NCBI GenBank assembly: GCA_965209155.1
Contig: OZ242383.1
Coordinates: 672,001 to 736,000 of the forward strand
Reading direction: 5' to 3'
DNA length: 64,000 bases
Source of the DNA: a bacterium
Lineage (GTDB): Bacteria > SAR324 > NAC60-12
Part shown: positions 63,651 to 64,000 of the stretch, piece by piece
How the letters are laid out: each line of letters begins with the position of its first letter
How positions within the stretch are numbered: the first letter of the stretch is position 1
Position numbers and translations under genes: made by a program
The notes under the pieces: model-generated
The model's database searches: none
What the model saw: the letters and a program-made list of their open reading frames with translations, nothing else
What the model was told of the DNA's origin: nothing

Positions 63651-64000
63651 TTTTGATCTTTCGGATAATTGTTTAACTTTCCCCACTCTTACCTCCCCCG
63701 ACAGCAACTTTGGCAGCAGTGTATCACGTAAGGCGGTGAGGATGCGAGACTCTGATATGTTCCTTCTGATGCGTACGTCGATAGGGTGAACGCAGGCGTC
63801 AAATACCTCAATAAGCTTTGATCCCGTTTCTGTTACCGGGAGTTCTTCAAATTGCTTCTTGTTGATGGCCCCAAATACCGTACCAGTATGTTCATATACA
63901 CTGATTTTTTCTTGTATTGCCCATGCAGAGTAGTAGGTGAATGAACTTGAAGCGGATTTATGCCGGAGTGAAGCAACGCCGCGTCCAATGCAGCATTGCT
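63651..64000 (-). CDS. hsdS: Type I RM specificity subunit, C-terminal part (5'-partial), with no stop codon before the next ORF
   Basis: Manual translation: CCIGRGVASLRHK..GTVFGAINKKQFE..ESRILTALRDTLLPKLLSGEVRV (conserved HsdS C-terminus). Confidence 0.92.

Overview
Bacterial chromosomal window from a Gram-negative organism. The core genes look deltaproteobacterial/SAR324-like, and the PKS type suggests a sponge-associated symbiont; both points are inference. Left to right: (1) a visibly GC-richer block with the 3' part of a SupA-like type I PKS (DH-MT-ER-KR-ACP-KS, with an in-frame TAG in the last KS) and a xanthine/uracil-type permease; (2) a Wzx/Wzy surface-polysaccharide cluster (8.9-23.2 kb) interrupted by a MITE and a decayed DUF433/PIN toxin-antitoxin pair; (3) housekeeping genes (aroK, cobA-hemD, tRNA-Ser/Ser/Arg(GCG), tmRNA, rimP-nusA-infB-rbfA-truB-rpsO-pnp, etfBA plus a membrane Fe-S oxidoreductase, histidinol phosphatase, kdsA, leuB, trpBA, a ferredoxin reductase); (4) a type I restriction-modification locus with defence-like cargo between hsdS and hsdR. 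Most notable: HsdS reads without a stop codon into a ~1260-aa putative sensor/nuclease-fold protein, followed by NDT/TIR-like and SIR2 genes (candidate new anti-phage system). A membrane-anchored thioredoxin-fold selenoprotein (UxxC plus a SECIS-like hairpin) is split by the ORF track. Also present are a MITE nested inside another MITE with clean target duplications, four-helix-bundle cassettes between (GGCACAAA)n arrays in opposite orientations, a candidate Trp leader peptide, and a tRNA-Arg with a GCG anticodon. All family assignments come from motif recognition by eye; no database searches were run.
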